Source of the DNA: Patellaria atrata CBS 101060
Taxonomy: Eukaryota
Reading direction: 5' to 3'
DNA length: 64,000 bases
NCBI GenBank assembly: GCA_010093705.1
Contig: MU006093.1
Coordinates: 1,137,301 to 1,201,300 of the forward strand
Shown here: positions 61,947-64,000 of the stretch, in pieces
Layout of the letters: each line of letters starts with the position of its first letter
Numbering within the stretch: the stretch's first letter is position 1
The notes under the pieces: model-generated
The model's input: the letters and a program-made list of their open reading frames with translations, nothing else
What the model was told of the DNA's origin: nothing
The model's database searches: none
Program-made: the position numbers and the translations under genes

Positions 61947-62568
61947 GGTGCACTAAAGGCGTTCTATAGCTAGTGATGCTGATTCTGAATATGCGGTGTG
62001 TTGGTTCTAGTAACCGTTGATGCTGCTAATTTATGTGATAGGTCTAGGAATACGTTAAGGAAAGAGACTTGAGAATGCCCAATGGGAAGAGGTAGATTTG
62101 AAATCTGAACGTATGTCTAATGTCGCATGACTTGAAGCATCAATTGGCGAGGACAAAGATCAAGGTTTAACTGGAAGGAACAAGAACACAGTACGTGGTG
62201 CCAGTTTCCTAGCTTGGTGATTCATTATGCAAATGCTAAATATACAGGTACCGTTAAAAGTTTGGTCAAGGGCACCTAAACTACTTAATTAGAGAATAAT
62301 GTAATGGTGAGTAGAGCCCAGGTGGAAAAGGGGTATCCGGATTTATCAATCTGCCATTTAAGTCTATATGCATAATGACATCGAGTAGATACCTGGGGCT
62401 TGTTTTCCCTCATTTAAATGATTGATGTCGGAAATAAGCTATCAGTATGATTTCTGGACATGGAAGAGATTGAGGTTAGAATGAAGTTACAAAAGACGAT
62501 AAAGATCTAATCGATAAGATAAGATAGGGCGGCCAGTGATCCTTGCTGATCCTTGAACAGGACGACAA

Positions 62569-63492
62569 ATGGCCATCCCACCCCTCAACATCCGAGATGT
62601 CCTATCCTACGCTCACCGTACCTGTCCTTGCGACTGTCAAGACATGTCTTCCCCCCAAGAGGTTCCGCCTCCCCTCTACCACGAACACTCACCACCACCC
62701 TCATTTCCAAAGCAGACCATCCCGGGACAAACGCGCGCTGGAGTTGATGAAGCCTTTGTCGGACTTGAAGAGAATGACGTGGATCTTCCTCCCGCATACG
62801 CATCCGTAGACACGAGGGCCTCGGTGTTCCGCGCAGACCCTCCGCTGCTATATTCTTGCGACTTCTCACATACCCCACGCTACCAGCTTCATCTGAACTT
62901 GACGCAGTCGGGGAAACCCTACCAGCTTCGCATCCGGCGGCTTCGCCCCAGTGAAACCCGTCGATTGTCTCTCATCAGCGCCGTCAGTTCTGCGTCGAGC
63001 AGCGGCAGCAGAAGTCGCTGTGGCATCGACTACGAGGACGATTGCACTCTTTATGAGATCAAGAACGTAGCCGCATTCGGTGGTACCGGCATCGAGATTA
63101 GAGGATGCCGACTCAGCGCTCTCCCCGGCTACATCAAGCTGGAGAAATGCACGGGCCTGACTGGCAGGTATTGGAGATTCTGGCATATGACCCGAAACCC
63201 CAATGCCGACAGCTTAAGAGAGGAGAACGAGAGGAAGATGCAGAAGTACGGTTACCATGCGGATAATGAGTGGTATCGGGATCTGCTGTTTGATGTTAGG
63301 TTCAAGAAGAAGCAGATTGTATGGACTGATATTGCCGGGTATGTTGTTGCCCGGGCGGTATCGATTGAGCCAGGTAGTGAGATCACGGTTCAGGTTGACC
63401 TACCACCGAAGATGAAGGACGTCTTGTTAACGTGTTGGGTTGCTCATTCTTGGTCTGTTGACTTCGCACCGTGGGCGGCTTGTAGAGAATGA
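62569..63492 (+). CDS. Hypothetical protein (307 aa) with N-terminal PY motifs
   Basis: Intronless ORF containing PPPLY and LPPAY. Confidence 0.7.
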   Translation: MAIPPLNIRDVLSYAHRTCPCDCQDMSSPQEVPPPLYHEHSPPPSFPKQTIPGQTRAGVDEAFVGLEENDVDLPPAYASVDTRASVFRADPPLLYSCDFSHTPRYQLHLNLTQSGKPYQLRIRRLRPSETRRLSLISAVSSASSSGSRSRCGIDYEDDCTLYEIKNVAAFGGTGIEIRGCRLSALPGYIKLEKCTGLTGRYWRFWHMTRNPNADSLREENERKMQKYGYHADNEWYRDLLFDVRFKKKQIVWTDIAGYVVARAVSIEPGSEITVQVDLPPKMKDVLLTCWVAHSWSVDFAPWAACRE

Positions 63493-63758
63493 CAATCAAA
63501 TGCTTTTCAACTTGAACTCAGTGGTCTTACCGTGTTTCATTGATATTGGCCTTTCAAGCATGATGGCACAGAATAAGACAAGGTAGTAGGACTGTTCTGC
63601 AGATAAGCAGGCAAATTCTCGAAACGAGTGCTATTCATTTCTATGAAAATTCGTATTGAGCTAACAGATCCGCTCATGTCAAAACCTAAACGATAACCGG
63701 ACCATCTCGTTCACTGATTAGGCTAATTGTACACCTCCAATGCATCCAATAGCCCAGC

Positions 63759-63880
63759 TTAGTAATCTCCTAATCGCAACCGTCTCCCGATCTCGCGTCG
63801 TTGCGAGACTTTCTCTTCGGCCTGATTCTCATCCTTGAGTTTCAAGGCGTTCATCAAAAGTCCCGCGTCGAAGAAGCCGT
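63759..63880 (-). CDS. Probable terminal exon of a gene extending beyond the window
   Basis: GCTGAT branch, pyrimidine tract and TAG acceptor, then GFFDAGLLMNALKLKDENQAEEKVSQRREIGRRLRLGDY*. Confidence 0.5.
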
Positions 63881-64000
63881 CTAAAGCAAATAAGAAAAAT
63901 CAGCACAAATGAAAGTTCAAGAGTAGTGAAGTGTAAAGTGTAGTGTATGGGGGTATATGCTGGATAAATAACAAAAATGAAATGTGAGATTTGAGCCAGA

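Overview
Gene-dense 64 kb window of a filamentous ascomycete (Pezizomycotina) nuclear genome. It has short GT-AG introns with CTRAY branch points and holds about 32 protein-coding loci. Most are housekeeping genes: GGC1, YPT1, QCR2, RPC82, an amino-acid permease, PGA1, alpha-tubulin, CTF4/sepB, CHZ1, GLT1, APC15, BET1, YME2, CWC21, CDC123, IWS1, TOM5, NUP57 and NDUFA8. Many sit in compact head-to-head pairs. I saw no rRNA, tRNA, transposon or CRISPR. Most notable: (1) the first intron of ypt1 appears to be a nested spliceosomal twin intron (stwintron) whose outer donor GTAAGT is split after nt 3 by a complete inner intron; (2) a SUZ12/VEFS-box protein carries a spliced-on C-terminal ING-like PHD finger; (3) a multiply disrupted acyl-CoA dehydrogenase pseudogene; (4) two tandem, highly diverged paralogs of an unrecognised family that share an intron position. 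Gene models were built by eye and family names come from motif recall, not database searches.
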